Both the position numbers and the translations under genes were made by a program. From an uncultured Anaeromyxobacteraceae bacterium (GTDB lineage Bacteria > Myxococcota_A > UBA9042 > DTJE01), in the NCBI GenBank assembly GCA_964573455.1, contig CAZNJW010000001.1:13096-77095 (forward strand): a stretch of 64,000 nt of DNA. Direction: 5' to 3'. Under the pieces are notes generated by a model. The model ran no database searches. It saw only the letters and a list, made by a program, of their open reading frames with translations, and was not told the origin of the DNA. Below, piece after piece: positions 1 through 9,845 of this stretch (position 1 is its first letter; every line of letters begins with the position of its first letter).

Positions 1-10
1 TACAGACGAA

Positions 11-1390
11 ATGAATCTTCTCGCGACAGGCAAGGTCGCGACCGGCTCCGATCTCGAGCGACGCCTGCTCGAAAAGAACATGCTGATCGACGGAGAGGAA
101 GGCATCGACACGGCCAGCGAAGCATACGGGCGCAAGATGTCTTACCTGTACCGAGGCCCGGTCCTTCATATCATGGTGGTGACGCTGCGCTGCAACCAGG
201 TCTGCCGCTATTGCCATGCCAGCCGCGCCTCGCTGGGCGAGACCGAGACCGATATGTCCATCTCGACGGCGGAAAAAGTCGTCGACATCGCGATGCGCTC
301 ACCTTCCGACACGATAACGATCGAGTTCCAGGGCGGTGAACCGCTCGTAAACTGGGAGACGGTCCAGCACGTAGTCGAATACGGTTCAATGAAGGCGGTG
401 GCCGCGGGCAAGCGGGTCATGTTCTCGCTGGTTTCGAATCTTTCCCTGATGGACGACGAGAAGCTTTCCTACCTGGTTGAGAAACGGGTCCAGATATCAA
501 CCTCGCTGGACGGTCCCAAGGACATCCACGACGGAAACCGCCGACTGTCCGGCGCCAGCGCGCATGACAAGTGCGTGTACTGGATGGATCGAATCAACAA
601 CGCCTACGTTCAGGCCGGACTCGACCCGAAGCTGTACCATGTCGAGGCCCTAGCGACGATCACCCGCGAGCACTTCGGTCGCGCGAAGGACCTTGTCGAC
701 GAATATGTCGCACGCGGCTGCCGGGCGATCTTCATGCGGCCGCTGAACCCGTTCGGCTACGCCAAGAAGGCCGAGGACACGGCAGGCTACCCGGCCGAGG
801 ACTTCCTCAAGTTCTACAACGAGGCGCTGGACTACATCGTTGAACTGAACAGGCAGGGTGTCGAGGTCATGGAGCGCCTGGCCGCCATCTTCCTGACCAA
901 GATCATGACCCCGGACGATCCGAACTACCTTGATATCCGCAACCCGTGCGGAGCTGGAATCGGACAGATCGCCTACAACTACGACGGATCAATCTTCACC
1001 TGCGACGAGGGTCGCATGGTCTTCCAGATGGGAGACGATATATTCAAGCTGGGGGATGTCGGCAACATGACGCTCAAGGACGTCGTGACGCACGACACGG
1101 TCAAGACAATGGCGATGGCCTCGACCCTTGACTCGATCCCGGGGTGCTCGACGTGCGCTTACAAGCCCTGGTGCGGGACATGTCCGGTTTACAACTACGG
1201 CGAGCAGGGAAACATCTTCCCGCAGAACAGCACGAATCAGCGATGCCGGATTTACATGGGCGTGCAGGATCGGCTGATGCGCCATTTTGTCGCAAACGAC
1301 ACCGAAACGATCGACATCTTCAATCGCTGGGTCGAGGTCAAGGAACGAACCGAGTACCTTCACGACGGCCGCAGGGACTCATGCGGCTAG
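11..1390 (+). CDS. Radical SAM/SPASM-domain peptide-maturase-like enzyme (HxsB-like, first of a pair)
   Basis: CNQVCRYC (CxxxCxxC) near residue 58. C-terminal Cys-rich SPASM region (CGAGIG...CDEG...GCSTCAYKPWCGTCP). 459 aa fits the HxsB/'rSAM_paired_1' size class. Confidence 0.7.
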   Translation: MNLLATGKVATGSDLERRLLEKNMLIDGEEGIDTASEAYGRKMSYLYRGPVLHIMVVTLRCNQVCRYCHASRASLGETETDMSISTAEKVVDIAMRSPSDTITIEFQGGEPLVNWETVQHVVEYGSMKAVAAGKRVMFSLVSNLSLMDDEKLSYLVEKRVQISTSLDGPKDIHDGNRRLSGASAHDKCVYWMDRINNAYVQAGLDPKLYHVEALATITREHFGRAKDLVDEYVARGCRAIFMRPLNPFGYAKKAEDTAGYPAEDFLKFYNEALDYIVELNRQGVEVMERLAAIFLTKIMTPDDPNYLDIRNPCGAGIGQIAYNYDGSIFTCDEGRMVFQMGDDIFKLGDVGNMTLKDVVTHDTVKTMAMASTLDSIPGCSTCAYKPWCGTCPVYNYGEQGNIFPQNSTNQRCRIYMGVQDRLMRHFVANDTETIDIFNRWVEVKERTEYLHDGRRDSCG

Positions 1391-1454
1391 CCTGGGCGCG
1401 TTCAAACTGGCACGGCCGACCACATGAACGACCGGTGCCGCGGGGCAGCCTCGG

Positions 1455-2363
1455 ATGATGACTGAAAATCCAGTCAGGGCAGTCCTTAAAGTCACCTACT
1501 CCTGCAACTCCATGTGTCTTTTCTGCCGCGCCGCGGACTACCGTTGTTCGGTCCCGGACGAGCCGGCCGAGACCATTCTGAAAAAGGCTCTGGCCGCGAA
1601 AAATGCCGGAGCGTCCATGATCCTGTTTTCCGGCGGCGAGCCGACCCTTCGGCGAGACCTGTTCCTGCTGGCCAGGGGCGTCAGGGCTCTCGGAATGGAC
1701 TTCGGTCTGATCACGAACTGCGGCATGCTGGGCAACCCCGACTATCTTGGCAGGATGCTCTCCCTGGGTCTGAAATACGTGCACACATCCCTTCACGGCG
1801 CCTCCGCCGAAACACATCGCTCAATCACCGGCGCCGACACCTTCGACGCGGTCCTGCGATCGTTGGCGGCCCTTTCCGGGCAGGGTGTCGAGCTGCACGT
1901 CAACACCGTTCTAAACAGACGAAACGTGCGTGATCTGGCCGCCATAGGAGACCTGGTAGCTCCATTCGCTCCGATCACGCACAAGCTGTGTCTGATGGAA
2001 CCGCGCGGACTGTTCCATGATAACGAGGCCGCTCTTGCGATTCAGCCTGAGCTTGCCGGGCGCGCGGCCTGCGACGAGGTCGCCAGGACTGCGGGCAGAT
2101 ATCCGGAGGGCGGATTCAAGACGGTCGTCGAGGGTTTTCCCCTGTGCCAGATTCGCACCGCGCTCGACTCGGTGTCGAGTCTGCTCGAACACAACATCAT
2201 GTTCATGAGCGAAGGTTTCGAGGACGGTATCTACAGGTCCGATCACGGGGCCAGGCAGTTCACCGATATCTGCGACTCCTGCTCGAAACGAAACGAATGC
2301 CCGGGTGTTTATCCCGGCTATGTTGAACGGTACGGGGTAGTCGGATTGAGGGCATTCCGATGA
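1455..2363 (+). CDS. Radical SAM enzyme (second of pair, HxsC-like)
   Basis: CNSMCLFC radical SAM motif at the N-terminus, GGEP SAM-binding motif, C-terminal CDSCSKRNECPG. Starts 65 nt downstream of the first rSAM on the same strand. Confidence 0.65.
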   Translation: MMTENPVRAVLKVTYSCNSMCLFCRAADYRCSVPDEPAETILKKALAAKNAGASMILFSGGEPTLRRDLFLLARGVRALGMDFGLITNCGMLGNPDYLGRMLSLGLKYVHTSLHGASAETHRSITGADTFDAVLRSLAALSGQGVELHVNTVLNRRNVRDLAAIGDLVAPFAPITHKLCLMEPRGLFHDNEAALAIQPELAGRAACDEVARTAGRYPEGGFKTVVEGFPLCQIRTALDSVSSLLEHNIMFMSEGFEDGIYRSDHGARQFTDICDSCSKRNECPGVYPGYVERYGVVGLRAFR

Positions 2364-2386
2364 CCTGTGCGGTCGCGGTCGACACA

Positions 2387-4564
2387 CTACGGAACAACGT
2401 GCTCTCCCATCCTGACCGGAACTGAATCCTGGGAAACGACAGTGCAGTGCATGTTCACGTCGTTGTACTCGAAATCATTGGAGTAATCGAACGGCTTGCC
2501 GTCTGCGCCGAGCACATACGCGCTCAATTCGACCTCAATCGTGTCCGCGTCGAACCGATGCGGGGATGTGGAATCCGATGGAGTCGGATCGGGGTTGCCC
2601 AGATATGGCGTGGGGAAGCCCTCCGGAAAGACCGGAAGCGTGACCGACGAACGATCCGCCGGAACAAAAATCTCCCAGAGCGCGTGGGAACGCGGCCCAC
2701 CGAGAGTTCCGTCCTTGTTATTGCCCGAGGACAACGTGTTCCTGGGCGCGGCGGTGAGATAGTTCAGGCGCAGAACGTAAAGGTCGGGACTCACGGGACT
2801 GGACACCGGACGCCACCGGATCTTACCGGTAAACAGGTCCGGGGACACCGTGTCCAGCGGCATGTTGTGCGGCAAGACCGCCGGGTCAAGCAGTTCGGGC
2901 AGTTCAAGCCACGCGGACTGCGAGTCCAGATGAACCGTATCGCCCGGTTTGACCCCAGGCCTTACCGGAGTTGAGATTCCCGGCGGATCCCCGGCCTTGT
3001 ATGAAGCGCGGCCCGCCAGACCGACCGCCAGGTTCGTTATGCTCAGGCCGAGTTCCTTCAGAACCGGATCATCGGGATTCGGGAACTTGATCCTGATCGG
3101 ATTCTGGAAACCTTCCCGGTTGTAGTCGCCGTTAATCGAAACGAACATAAAACCCTCGCCGCCTGTATCGATGACCGGCATCGCTAGGGCATTCGGCATC
3201 GGGGTGCCGGTTTTGTAGTCGGTCGGAAGACTGCCGATGTACATCTGCACCGCGTCATCTTCCTGGGAGGAAAGGTCGATGTTCATCAGGATGTCGGCTT
3301 TGTTTACCTGGCCGGGCTTGACGTTGACCCGGGCAATTCCCAGCGCCATCGGCTTGAAATCGATCGTGTAGGGATCGTTGATCGTCGCGAGGGGGTCACC
3401 GACCGTTCCACCGAGCGCGAACACGAGATGCTGACCGGCCGGGACGTCCGACAGACTGTACACGGAATACGCGCAAGCATCGTCCTTGGCCGCCTGAACC
3501 GGATCGGAATACATGCAGAGCGACATGTTTCCGGGCACGCCGATCCCGACCGGCTGTTCGAGGATGCTGCCCATGGATATAGACGACAGAGGTCTGCCGT
3601 TGATCGCTGTCGATACAATGGCGACCGCGATCCTTCCATCGCCGAAAAGCGACGATGATGAGGGCAGCGGTTCAAGGCCACCCTCGCCCAGGAAACCCGA
3701 AACAAGGCCCTCTATCTGCCCGATCCCTGTTGCGGCATCCGAAGCCACCAGGTCGAGTGGATCAAGGACTACCGACACCGATGCGCCGGAGATGCCCAGA
3801 TAAGTGACGTACCTGTGTCCGGGCGCTCCGACCGTGACGTCGAAATTCGAAACCAGGGCCGCGTCGAAAAACTCCACCACGCCGGCCGGACCGGTCGTCT
3901 GGAACGGAATGGAGCCGGTCCCGGCATCGATGAACACCGAGGCTCCTTCAAAAGGCCTCAAAGCACCGTTGCCAGTGCGCTGCAACGCAGTCACCTTGAC
4001 GTGGCCGTTCGCCGGGCCTGCGCCCTGATCAGGCTCCGTGTTGACGCCGGGTACGGCGAGATGCTTCAACGATAGATCGATGCTGGCCCTGATCTTGTCG
4101 ACCCTTCCACCAAGGTTCTGACTTTCGGCACTCAGGACGGTCTCGGCCTTGACCGCGGAACATGCCGTCAACCTTCCGGAGCCGGTATGATCTGTCATCA
4201 CTTCACCGAGGTCGCCGAGCTCCCACGAGACCGAGACCTTTGCATTCCCCAGACCGAATCCGCGGCCATCCAGTACCCTCAGTCCCACCATCACGCAACG
4301 ATGACCTTCTTCGTTCTCGAATGCGGGACTGGCCGTAAGCCTTATCTGCGGATCTCCGGAAAGCGGATCGTCGTCCCAGCCATCGGGAACACCATCGTTG
4401 TCGGTATCGGATATCGACGAACCGGTTCCAAACAACAGTTCCTGAAGATCCGAAAGCCCGTCTCCGTCGGAATCGGCCCCGGGTCCGCGACCACACGATG
4501 TCGCTGTCGCAAGCGCTGAGCACAAAATCAGAACCGGCTGCAACGTGCGAAAACTTCGAGTCAT
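2387..4564 (-). CDS. Secreted lipoprotein with thrombospondin type-3-like Ca-binding repeats
   Basis: True start is MTRSFRTL...LILCSALATATSCG (lipobox). DTDNDGVPDGWDDDP TSP3-like repeat. The ATG overlaps the TGA of the upstream FadL-like gene (ATGA). Confidence 0.55.
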   Translation of the reverse strand: MTRSFRTLQPVLILCSALATATSCGRGPGADSDGDGLSDLQELLFGTGSSISDTDNDGVPDGWDDDPLSGDPQIRLTASPAFENEEGHRCVMVGLRVLDGRGFGLGNAKVSVSWELGDLGEVMTDHTGSGRLTACSAVKAETVLSAESQNLGGRVDKIRASIDLSLKHLAVPGVNTEPDQGAGPANGHVKVTALQRTGNGALRPFEGASVFIDAGTGSIPFQTTGPAGVVEFFDAALVSNFDVTVGAPGHRYVTYLGISGASVSVVLDPLDLVASDAATGIGQIEGLVSGFLGEGGLEPLPSSSSLFGDGRIAVAIVSTAINGRPLSSISMGSILEQPVGIGVPGNMSLCMYSDPVQAAKDDACAYSVYSLSDVPAGQHLVFALGGTVGDPLATINDPYTIDFKPMALGIARVNVKPGQVNKADILMNIDLSSQEDDAVQMYIGSLPTDYKTGTPMPNALAMPVIDTGGEGFMFVSINGDYNREGFQNPIRIKFPNPDDPVLKELGLSITNLAVGLAGRASYKAGDPPGISTPVRPGVKPGDTVHLDSQSAWLELPELLDPAVLPHNMPLDTVSPDLFTGKIRWRPVSSPVSPDLYVLRLNYLTAAPRNTLSSGNNKDGTLGGPRSHALWEIFVPADRSSVTLPVFPEGFPTPYLGNPDPTPSDSTSPHRFDADTIEVELSAYVLGADGKPFDYSNDFEYNDVNMHCTVVSQDSVPVRMGEHVVP

Positions 4565-5919
4565 CAGAATCCGAACCTCAGTGATACACCCGAATTCAGG
4601 AACCAGCCACCGCCACCCACGGCGGGATAACCCGGATTGCCTGGAATCAGCGAAGTCTTGACGTCGGTGTTGTCGATGACAGCCGCGGCCATGAAGTGGG
4701 TATCGACCGATATCCTGGGACCTCCGACGTGTTCGGCGTCGAAACCAATCCCGAACGAACCGGAGTACTGATCCCCTCCGAGCAGATTCGTCTCGCCCGA
4801 CTGAACCGGCAATGGACTCTGCGACCAACCGAACCCGGCACGCAAAGCCACGGCCTTGTGAGGACGATACTCCGCGCCAAGCCGAACGGTGACGCTGTCA
4901 CGAAGACCGGGGGACGGAATCGATGAAGAATCGGTCTCATCCTCCCGGCCGGGGTCCGAGAATACCTTGACCTCGGGCGAGGACATCCGGTACCCGCTGA
5001 ACAGATAGCAGATCACGTCAGCAGAAACCGAATAGTCGTCGGTCTTCCAGCCGGCCCCGAACGAAAACTCGTGCGGAGTCCAGTAAGCGATCGCGTTCAC
5101 CGTCAGATAGATCGGGTTAATGCTGCTTGACACCGTGGCGTCGACTGGCAGTTCGATATGGGTGCGATTCGAACCACGCCAGGAAAAACCAAGCGTAAGA
5201 CCTCGAATCGGTTCAAAAAGCAAACCAACATTCGCGGAGACGCGATAGCCGACGGTGACCGCGAGATGGTTCTGCGGATCCGCTGAACCGAGGTCCACGC
5301 TGACCAGCCCGCCAACCGAAGGAAGAATCGATGCTCCGACACCGACCATCAACCACTTCCAGCGTCCGGCCATCGCGACGTTAACCACCAGACGGGTATT
5401 GCGCTTCTCGTAGAACGGAAAGTTCGCCTCGGTAGGCCCGAGCGCCTCAACCGAGTACAACTCGGTCGCCGGGGTCTGCAGTTGAAGCCCGAAAAACAGG
5501 TGCCGATCGAGTCCTTTTCCCAGGGGGATGGGCGCGGCCACGCCGCCCTCAAGATAGACGGTCGCGCGATCAAAACGACGCTGCGAGACAGGAGATGTCA
5601 TCTTCGTTAAGTCATCGAACTCATTGAAACGGGCGTTCAGCCAGGGTCTGTAGACCGAAACACCCAGACCGAACTCCACCCGTTCCATCAGGCCGAGCGC
5701 GGCAGGGTTGTAATAGGTGGCGCTGTAGGAGTCCGCGGTTGCGGTTCCTGTGCCACCCATGGCGATCCCCACCGAACCGGAACCGAACTGATCCATGGGA
5801 TTCGACAGGGCCGGAGCGGACACGAAATACATGGCGGCGTGCGTCGCCGCGAGCAGCGCAAAGAGGATTCGCGTTCGAACGTCTGCCGACAAAGCCATCA
5901 TACCCTGGTGATGAAGCAA
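4564..5919 (-). CDS. FadL/OmpP1-family outer-membrane hydrophobic-compound transporter
   Basis: Signal peptide, YNPAALG (NPA motif), beta-barrel composition, C-terminal ...LRFGF ending in Phe. ~450 aa. Confidence 0.55.
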   Translation of the reverse strand: MLHHQGMMALSADVRTRILFALLAATHAAMYFVSAPALSNPMDQFGSGSVGIAMGGTGTATADSYSATYYNPAALGLMERVEFGLGVSVYRPWLNARFNEFDDLTKMTSPVSQRRFDRATVYLEGGVAAPIPLGKGLDRHLFFGLQLQTPATELYSVEALGPTEANFPFYEKRNTRLVVNVAMAGRWKWLMVGVGASILPSVGGLVSVDLGSADPQNHLAVTVGYRVSANVGLLFEPIRGLTLGFSWRGSNRTHIELPVDATVSSSINPIYLTVNAIAYWTPHEFSFGAGWKTDDYSVSADVICYLFSGYRMSSPEVKVFSDPGREDETDSSSIPSPGLRDSVTVRLGAEYRPHKAVALRAGFGWSQSPLPVQSGETNLLGGDQYSGSFGIGFDAEHVGGPRISVDTHFMAAAVIDNTDVKTSLIPGNPGYPAVGGGGWFLNSGVSLRFGF

Positions 5920-6007
5920 ACCGCCCAGAAATCCGGCGCGCGGTATTATAACTATTCGAAGGATCTAAATCCCTCAAAATTGCATGTGCCTGGGATTCTT
6001 AAACTAG

Positions 6008-6013
6008 TATAAT
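6008..6013 (+). promoter_or_regulatory. Putative -10 element (TATAAT) in an AT-rich divergent intergenic region
   Basis: Exact TATAAT about 33 nt upstream of the ATG at 6046, in a locally AT-rich stretch of a ~64% GC genome. Confidence 0.25.
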
Positions 6014-6045
6014 TCCCAATCTTGTTATTCCGAACAGGACAACAG

Positions 6046-8787
6046 ATGAAATCACATGTGAAATCTTGTCTGGGGATACCACTGCTCGTGATGCTTCTCG
6101 CTGTTTCCTGCGACGATGGATGGGGACAGGGTGAAGGGCTCGTGATCACCGCGGCCGTTGACCCTGCCAGTGTCATCGCGGGTTCCACCGTGCAGGTGAC
6201 ATGCTCGATTATCGAAGGGGACGTTTCAGCCCCGGTTCCGGACGCCACGATCGAGGTCACTCCGGCCGAGGGCGTGACGATAGACGGCCTCAGCATCGTC
6301 ACCTCCAGAGCGGGCGGGTTCGAAGTCATCTGCCACTCGGCATCGCTGCCTCTGGCCGAATCGGAATCGGCGGCTTTCCTCGTCACTGCGGGCGACCCGG
6401 CTGGAACGGTCGCCACCGTTTTTCCCGAAAACGTCAGCGCCGGAGAACCGGCGACGGTTGATTGCGCCGTGGTCGACGCCTTCGGGAACGTGGTGACCGG
6501 TTTCGAGTCGCTTCCCGAGGGTTCCGGCGCACTCGAGGTTGAAGGATTCACAGTCAGTTCCGAAACTGCTGGAGCATGGGAAGTCTTCTGCTCGGCGCCC
6601 GCCGAATTCCCGGATTGCGAAAAGACCCCGGCTATCCTGCAGGTGTCCGCTGGCCGGCCGATCAGCCTTGAAATGAAGCTGAACCCCGACAAGGAAAACT
6701 ACGCGCTCAAAGCGGCCATCAAGGTGTCCTGGCTCGTCACGGACGCCTGGGGGAACGTGGTTCCCGACCTCCCCGCGGACATCGTGATATCACCGACGGA
6801 AGGGCTGACCCTGTCGGGAAACACCCTCACGGTGAAACAGGAAGGAAGCTGGACTGTCACTGTTGCTCTGCGTGACTACGAGCTCTCGGACAGCGACCAG
6901 GTCAGGTGCGATCTGTCGGCGCCGGAACTTCAGATTGACTGGCCGCCTCGCGGCGAGACGGTCGAGGGTTCTCCGGAAGTGGAAGTTCGTGGCACCGTCA
7001 TCGACGCGGCCAACAGCGACGTCACGCTGAAGATCAACAAGGAAACCGTGGCGATTGGGGCCGACGGCAGGTTCTCGATGCCGATGACTGCGACACACGG
7101 CCTGAACGGGCTGCTCTTCTCAGTCAAGGATTCACAGGGATTCGAATACTCAACCACCCGCGGCTTCTACTACTCCGATTCCTGGACACCCATCGATGGC
7201 TCAACACTGATGGGCGACGTGGTCAGGGACGACGGTGCAATGCTCTTTCTGGGGCAGTCCTTCCTTGACGACGGTGACCATGACCGCACGCACCCGAACG
7301 ATCTCGCGACGCTGATTGAGATTCTTCTGTCCAGCAATGTGGGCGGCCTTCTGGATTCGCTTCCGCCGATCTCGGTTCCGATCCCTAACATCGTCAACTT
7401 CGGGATACTCGGCGTGCAGCTTCAGGGCGACCTCGAGATCGAGGTCCAGTTCCGGGATGTCAGCTTCGGCGAACCATACGTCGAAATACGCACCAGGGAC
7501 GGTGGAGTCGCCACCTCGGTCACTCTTCAGCCGGTGCACATCGGCCTGGATCTGAAGTTCACAATCAAGGCCAGGGCGATCGCCTTCGGCAACACCTACG
7601 AGCTTCTGGACCCGTCCAGTTCATCAGGTTCCTCGATGGAGATCGGCACGTTCGGACTCGGCGTGTCGCTGAACATCAACAAGACTCCTGATACCGACCT
7701 GACTGTTGAAGGCGATGACTTCGAGCTGACCATCGAGGACATCCAGCTCGATCCGATCGAACACCTTGAGATTGACCTCGGCACCATCGGCGCGCTGGGG
7801 ATCGATCTCGGCACGATCGACTTGACCAGAATCGTCGGCAGCATCGACGACCTGTTGATGAACTGGGTTCTTGAACCGATCCTGAACTTCCTGACTCCAC
7901 TGCTGACCGACCTGCTTGAGCCGCTCGTCGTCGAACTGATGGGCACCGTACTCGAAGCGCTCTTCGACCAGCTGAACCTGCAGCAACCTGTCGAGATACC
8001 GGCCATCGTCAGTTCCGGGACGCCTGTTACCATGGATCTCTCGCTGGCGCCGTCCACGATTGTGTTCACCACCTCGGGCGGCACGGTAGGCCTCGAACTG
8101 GGCTTCCTGACTGCCCACAAGGTTGATCACGATCCGATTGGCGTGATCGGAAGCCTGACCGACATCCAGAGCAACGCGTTCGCGTTCGACACCGAACCTG
8201 GCGTGCAGGCCGCTATCGACATCAAGACCATCAACACGCTGCTGTTCATGCTCTGGCAGTCGGGCTGGATCACCGGAAAAATCGATCTGTCCGGTCTGGT
8301 CGGCGACGTGGGCTTCGGCGTGGGGAACCTGATGATCACGCCCGATCTGTACCTGCCGCCGATAATCAACGACGGTCAGGCGGTTGGCGATGACGGGATG
8401 ATGGCACTCGAGATCGGCGACGCGTACCTCAAGGTTCAAGTCGACATTCTCGGGAACCCGCAATTCTTCGACCTCTGGTTGCAGATGGCGGTTCAGGTCC
8501 AGATAGTGGCAGACGGCTCCAACGTTGGAATCAGGTTCGGCAAGGTGACTTTCTTCCAGACCGAGTTCGTGAACAAGGGCGATCTGGGGGACCTTTTCGA
8601 CATGTTCCTTCCGTCGATTCCCGACCTGGTCCGATCGATCGAAGGCCAGGAATTCACCTTCCCGATCCCCGAGATCGACCTCGGCTCTATCATTCCGGGG
8701 ATCGAGCCCGGCACAATCGTGCAGCTCGGTAACGGCGTGTCCGATGTCAGGGAAGGAATGGTCGTGCTCGGGGCTGATCTGCTGTAG
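6046..8787 (+). CDS. Large secreted lipoprotein, hypothetical (N-terminal Ig-like repeats, C-terminal Leu/Asp-rich domain)
   Basis: MKSHVKSCLGIPLLVMLLAVSC lipobox. Repeated beta-rich segments. No recognisable catalytic motif. Confidence 0.5.
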   Translation: MKSHVKSCLGIPLLVMLLAVSCDDGWGQGEGLVITAAVDPASVIAGSTVQVTCSIIEGDVSAPVPDATIEVTPAEGVTIDGLSIVTSRAGGFEVICHSASLPLAESESAAFLVTAGDPAGTVATVFPENVSAGEPATVDCAVVDAFGNVVTGFESLPEGSGALEVEGFTVSSETAGAWEVFCSAPAEFPDCEKTPAILQVSAGRPISLEMKLNPDKENYALKAAIKVSWLVTDAWGNVVPDLPADIVISPTEGLTLSGNTLTVKQEGSWTVTVALRDYELSDSDQVRCDLSAPELQIDWPPRGETVEGSPEVEVRGTVIDAANSDVTLKINKETVAIGADGRFSMPMTATHGLNGLLFSVKDSQGFEYSTTRGFYYSDSWTPIDGSTLMGDVVRDDGAMLFLGQSFLDDGDHDRTHPNDLATLIEILLSSNVGGLLDSLPPISVPIPNIVNFGILGVQLQGDLEIEVQFRDVSFGEPYVEIRTRDGGVATSVTLQPVHIGLDLKFTIKARAIAFGNTYELLDPSSSSGSSMEIGTFGLGVSLNINKTPDTDLTVEGDDFELTIEDIQLDPIEHLEIDLGTIGALGIDLGTIDLTRIVGSIDDLLMNWVLEPILNFLTPLLTDLLEPLVVELMGTVLEALFDQLNLQQPVEIPAIVSSGTPVTMDLSLAPSTIVFTTSGGTVGLELGFLTAHKVDHDPIGVIGSLTDIQSNAFAFDTEPGVQAAIDIKTINTLLFMLWQSGWITGKIDLSGLVGDVGFGVGNLMITPDLYLPPIINDGQAVGDDGMMALEIGDAYLKVQVDILGNPQFFDLWLQMAVQVQIVADGSNVGIRFGKVTFFQTEFVNKGDLGDLFDMFLPSIPDLVRSIEGQEFTFPIPEIDLGSIIPGIEPGTIVQLGNGVSDVREGMVVLGADLL

Positions 8788-8792
8788 ACAGT

Positions 8793-9503
8793 TCACAACA
8801 TCAGTGACGCCAGGACATCGTCCAGGGATGCATCCTTCGATGTGCCTTTGTCCGTGGTCTCATCCAGGGTGTCTGCCTCGGCGTCCATTTCCTTGTGGCA
8901 TCCACTGATGGCTCCATCAACGGTCGCGGCGGGGCCACAGTGTTTCAGAACGAAATTCTTACGCAGCCTGGTCAGCGCGGTGCGCTCTGTCCTGCACACG
9001 GTCGCCGCGCTTATCCCCAGAACCTCCGCCACCTCGCGACATGTCATGCCTTCAAAGAACCTGAGTCGGATGATCTCGCGTTCGTCGTGGTCCAGAAAGT
9101 CGAGTCCGTCCAGGTCCGAGCCGAGAAAGCGCGAGAACCTCATCAACATGACCCCTGATTCGATCGAACGGTTCGGACAGTTGTCGTGATCCTTGCGGTA
9201 CTGAATCTGGTCCTGAGGGTCGTCTTCGGTCAGTCTCTCCCTGGATCTGCGGCAGATGTCCCTGACGTGATCGAACATGGCGCCGCTGGCACGTTTTCCT
9301 GCGTACGTCGAAAGCGCGCAACCTCTGTCGGGATCGAATCGCCCGACCGCCTCCATCAATCCCACGAAGCCTTCCTGAAGGATGTCCTCACGGTCGGCGG
9401 GCGACCAGTAGTCGCGCCTGAACCTGGTCGCCAGACGCCTGACAAGAGGAACCAGCGCCGAGAGTGTCGTGATCTGCTGCCGAACCTGATTCGTCGTTTC
9501 CAT
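8793..9503 (-). CDS. RNA polymerase sigma factor, sigma-70 group 3 (FliA/WhiG-like) with a C-terminal Cys/His extension
   Basis: Region 2 (ILQEGFVGLMEAVGRFDPDRGCALSTYAGKRASGAMFDHVR), region 4 HTH (MTCREVAEVLGISAATVCRTER), ~50 aa tail HCGPAATVDGAISGCH. Confidence 0.7.
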   Translation of the reverse strand: METTNQVRQQITTLSALVPLVRRLATRFRRDYWSPADREDILQEGFVGLMEAVGRFDPDRGCALSTYAGKRASGAMFDHVRDICRRSRERLTEDDPQDQIQYRKDHDNCPNRSIESGVMLMRFSRFLGSDLDGLDFLDHDEREIIRLRFFEGMTCREVAEVLGISAATVCRTERTALTRLRKNFVLKHCGPAATVDGAISGCHKEMDAEADTLDETTDKGTSKDASLDDVLASLML

Positions 9504-9674
9504 CTGTCTTTTCCTCCAGGATGATGGGAGGTTCACATTTCAAGAAGCGTGCCTGAACTGAAGCGAACATCTGCCAGACGCGCAGATCCGTCACAACTAT
9601 TCGAATTCTAAAGACAATATGGCCAGCGCCCTGATTTCAACCAAGACTGCGACAGTTGAATTTCGATCCTCTTC

Positions 9675-9695
9675 AAAGGGGGCGTCTCCCCCTTT
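9675..9695. promoter_or_regulatory. GC hairpin (AAAGGGGG-CGTCT-CCCCCTTT) in the divergent intergenic region
   Basis: Perfect 8-bp inverted repeat between the sigma-factor start and the lipoprotein start. No U-tract, so not a canonical terminator. Confidence 0.3.
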
Positions 9696-9845
9696 CGCGG
9701 GGGTTTCTCACCCAGCGGTCGGGGATTTGAAGCAGACCGAGGTTTCAGTGTCGCCCGGGTGCTGGAAATGACTGAGACCAAAGGCTATAATGGCGTCCAA
9801 GTCTTACGACTGGTTTTTCTTCTCTTTGTTTACAGGTGGCTTCGA

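Noticed and set aside
7770-7830. Short direct DNA repeat (gatctcggcac...atcgg) resembling a CRISPR-like repeat
   Set aside because: Only two copies, inside a CDS, encoding the repeated peptide IDLGTIGALGIDLGTIDL. Not an array.
5952-8796. Minus-strand ORFs (246 aa and 390 aa) overlapping the large lipoprotein gene
   Set aside because: Antisense or overlapping frames of a well-supported signal-peptide-bearing CDS. Compositionally biased translations.
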